From Anthoceros angustus (lineage: Eukaryota > Plantae > Anthocerotophyta), in assembly GCA_010909165.1 (NCBI GenBank), contig VJWM01000220.1, forward strand, positions 186,001 through 250,000: DNA of 64,000 bases. The letters run 5' to 3'. The position numbers were made by a program, and so were the translations under genes. Below are positions 62,001 through 64,000 of this stretch, one piece after another; position 1 is the first letter of the stretch, and every line of letters starts with the position of its first letter. The notes beneath the pieces are model-generated. The model was not told the DNA's origin. It made no database searches and saw nothing but the letters and a program-made list of their open reading frames with translations.

Positions 62001-64000
62001 CCTGTGGCGCCAAAGTGGAGATTGGATGTATCATCAAGGATGTACTGGACACGGGTCCGAGTCAACCTCATCACCGAAGCCACCACGAAAATTGGGCTTC
62101 ACATCCTTCAACCTCAACGAAGACTCGAGAATGGCGTATATGTCAAGAAGAGATCCGGGGAGTTAACCGAGTCTTGGCCACCATAGCCGCACCCTACAAA
62201 CCGGATTTTGTTGTGATCAAACCGCCGGACCATTAGGGTATGAGGTGTTGTCGGGCCATGGCCGGGTTGGCCTGCAGCTACACTTTGGAAGGAAGGAGAT
62301 TCACTTCAAGCCGGTGGACCGGGACCCTAAGGTGCGAGAAGGGAGGGTTGCTATCACCGGAGCAAGGACACCTATTGTGGGGAAACCGTGAGCACAAGGG
62401 TATACCTCGGAGGACTCCAATCCGACGAACAAGATAGCTCCGAGGAGGCGTACCCTTTCGCCAAGATCCGCTGGTCCGAGGAGGAGATGGACTACCGCCG
62501 GGATGCCTTTGGTGCGGAAGTGATTGATTGTTTTCGAGTAAACGCCACAACGGGGCTGGAGGAAGGAAGTGAAGAGGAGGTCGGACCAGCACAAGGGGGA
62601 GACAGCGAAGAGTCGGACCAAGGAAAAGCGGACATCGAAGGAGTAACACGATTCACCTCCGACGAGCTCTTCAGAGAATGGGGATGCGAGGACGATCCCC
62701 GAGAGGAGGACGAGGGGTTTGGACGCAATGAGGCAAAGACGAACGGAGACGGTGAACCCGGACGACGTGGAAGAAGTGGAGGTCCGCCAGCCTCAAGTTT
62801 AAGAAAGGCATGCCTCCTGACCAAGGAAGGACTAAAGCACTGGGGAGTTTTATGGTGTTCGCCTTCAAGGTCACGGACATGAAGGGCATTCAAGAAGTGG
62901 GAGAGCATAAGATCGATTTGAAGCCGTGAGCGTGCCACCCGAATCCGACAATACAAGCTCAACCCCAAGTATTCGATCAAGGTGAAGGAGGTCCTTGATA
63001 AGTACCGGAGGCAGACATCATTTTCCCCATCGTCAGCGAGTGGGTCGCTACCGATTGTGGTGGTTCCCAAGAAACACCAAACAAATTCGGTATGCCAAGA
63101 TTGAGGAAGCTCAACGAACGGAGAAGGACCACTTCGATGCCATTCAGACTACATTTTGGACAAGGTGGTGGACGGACTACTTACTCCTTCCTCGGATGGC
63201 TACTCCGGATATAACCAATTGCACCTAAGGGAGTTTGACCGACAAGACGACCTTCACTACGGAGTGGGGTACGCTTGCCTACAAGAGAAGTGCCTTTGGG
63301 ATGACCGAGCGCTGTGGTCGCTCATGCGTATGGTGACCAACGCCTTCCGTGACTTCGAGGGACTTCATGGAGATATTCTGGATGATTTTGTGTGCATGGG
63401 GAGCAGGACAAACACCTTGGGCATCTAAGAAGGTGCTTGAGCGCCGCCGAGACTCAATTGAGCCTACACCCGAGAAATGCTACTTTGGAATGACGGAGGG
63501 AATCTTGTCGATGTCCGCTGGAATCGAGGTGGACCAGACAAGGTCCGGTCATCCGCCTCCACCGACGAACCTAAAGGAGCCGAGAGGTTTCGAATGGTGG
63601 GATACTACCGCCGGTTTATTAAGGACTTTGCTAAGAGGGCGCTAAGTTGATGTAATTCATGGAAGGAGGAGGTTTGGACCGTCAGGAGCGAGAGGAGGCC
63701 TTCGGATTTACGTAACACCTTGGTAAGCGCAGTTCTAAGAGGACCGGATCGAGCAGAAATTTCATGTGTATGTAGATGTGTCCGCTTTTGCTATCGGAGT
63801 AGCCGAGCCGATGGACGACAAGCGGGATTATCCCGTATACTACTACCGGACGACTCACCCACGCTGAACGAAAATACACAACTACAGAGCGCCAAGCACC
63901 GGGTATGGTATATGCCAAGAAATTCGACACTACCTACTACCTGTGAGTTTGTGTTCTATGTAGACCACTTTGCGTCAAGCATCCGGTGAATAAGACGGAC
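59093..64000 (+). mobile_element. Ty3/gypsy (non-chromovirus-like) gag-pol, frameshifted, running off the window
   Basis: Gag NAFLERF, a Cys/His cluster at about 60525-60610, protease IKDVLLDTG (61313, duplicated near 62035), RT EHKIDLK..YKLNPKYSIKVKE..SEWV.PIVVVPKK..YSF/DGYSGYNQ..TTFTTEWG..ILDDF, then GYYRRFIKDFA and RNase H FHVYVDVSAFAIG..ERKYTTTE. The PR-RT-RH order is gypsy-type. Confidence 0.93.

Overview
Eukaryotic nuclear DNA from a land plant, most plausibly a compact-genome non-seed plant such as a hornwort. That placement is inferred from short introns, dense gene packing and PLS-type PPR sequence. Bases 1-10 kb hold seven closely packed genes: an ABCB transporter 5' end, APX6/APX-R peroxidase, an orphan ORF, a plastid-type SAM methyltransferase, an intronless Maf pyrophosphatase, a TAXIMIN peptide and an F-box protein. 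From about 10.7 kb on, I recognise no intact host gene, only transposon and repeat sequence. A truncated Ty1/copia is followed by a roughly 37.3 kb CACTA (En/Spm) element at 18605-55897, with CACTACAAG termini and a TTT target-site duplication. It is inserted into a GC-rich ORF that probably belongs to a Ty3/gypsy element, and an LTR plus gypsy gag-pol follow it. The CACTA carries a TnpD-type transposase, a divergent second ORF, subterminal arrays and captured host fragments (PLS-PPR, CYP704-like P450, COP1 WD40). The most notable feature is a frameshift-hidden SET-domain coding region directly upstream of, and co-oriented with, the transposase, possibly spliced to it. Sequence beyond about 19.8 kb is full of small indels and near-identical duplications that look partly like long-read or assembly error, so intactness and copy number cannot be judged from this window.
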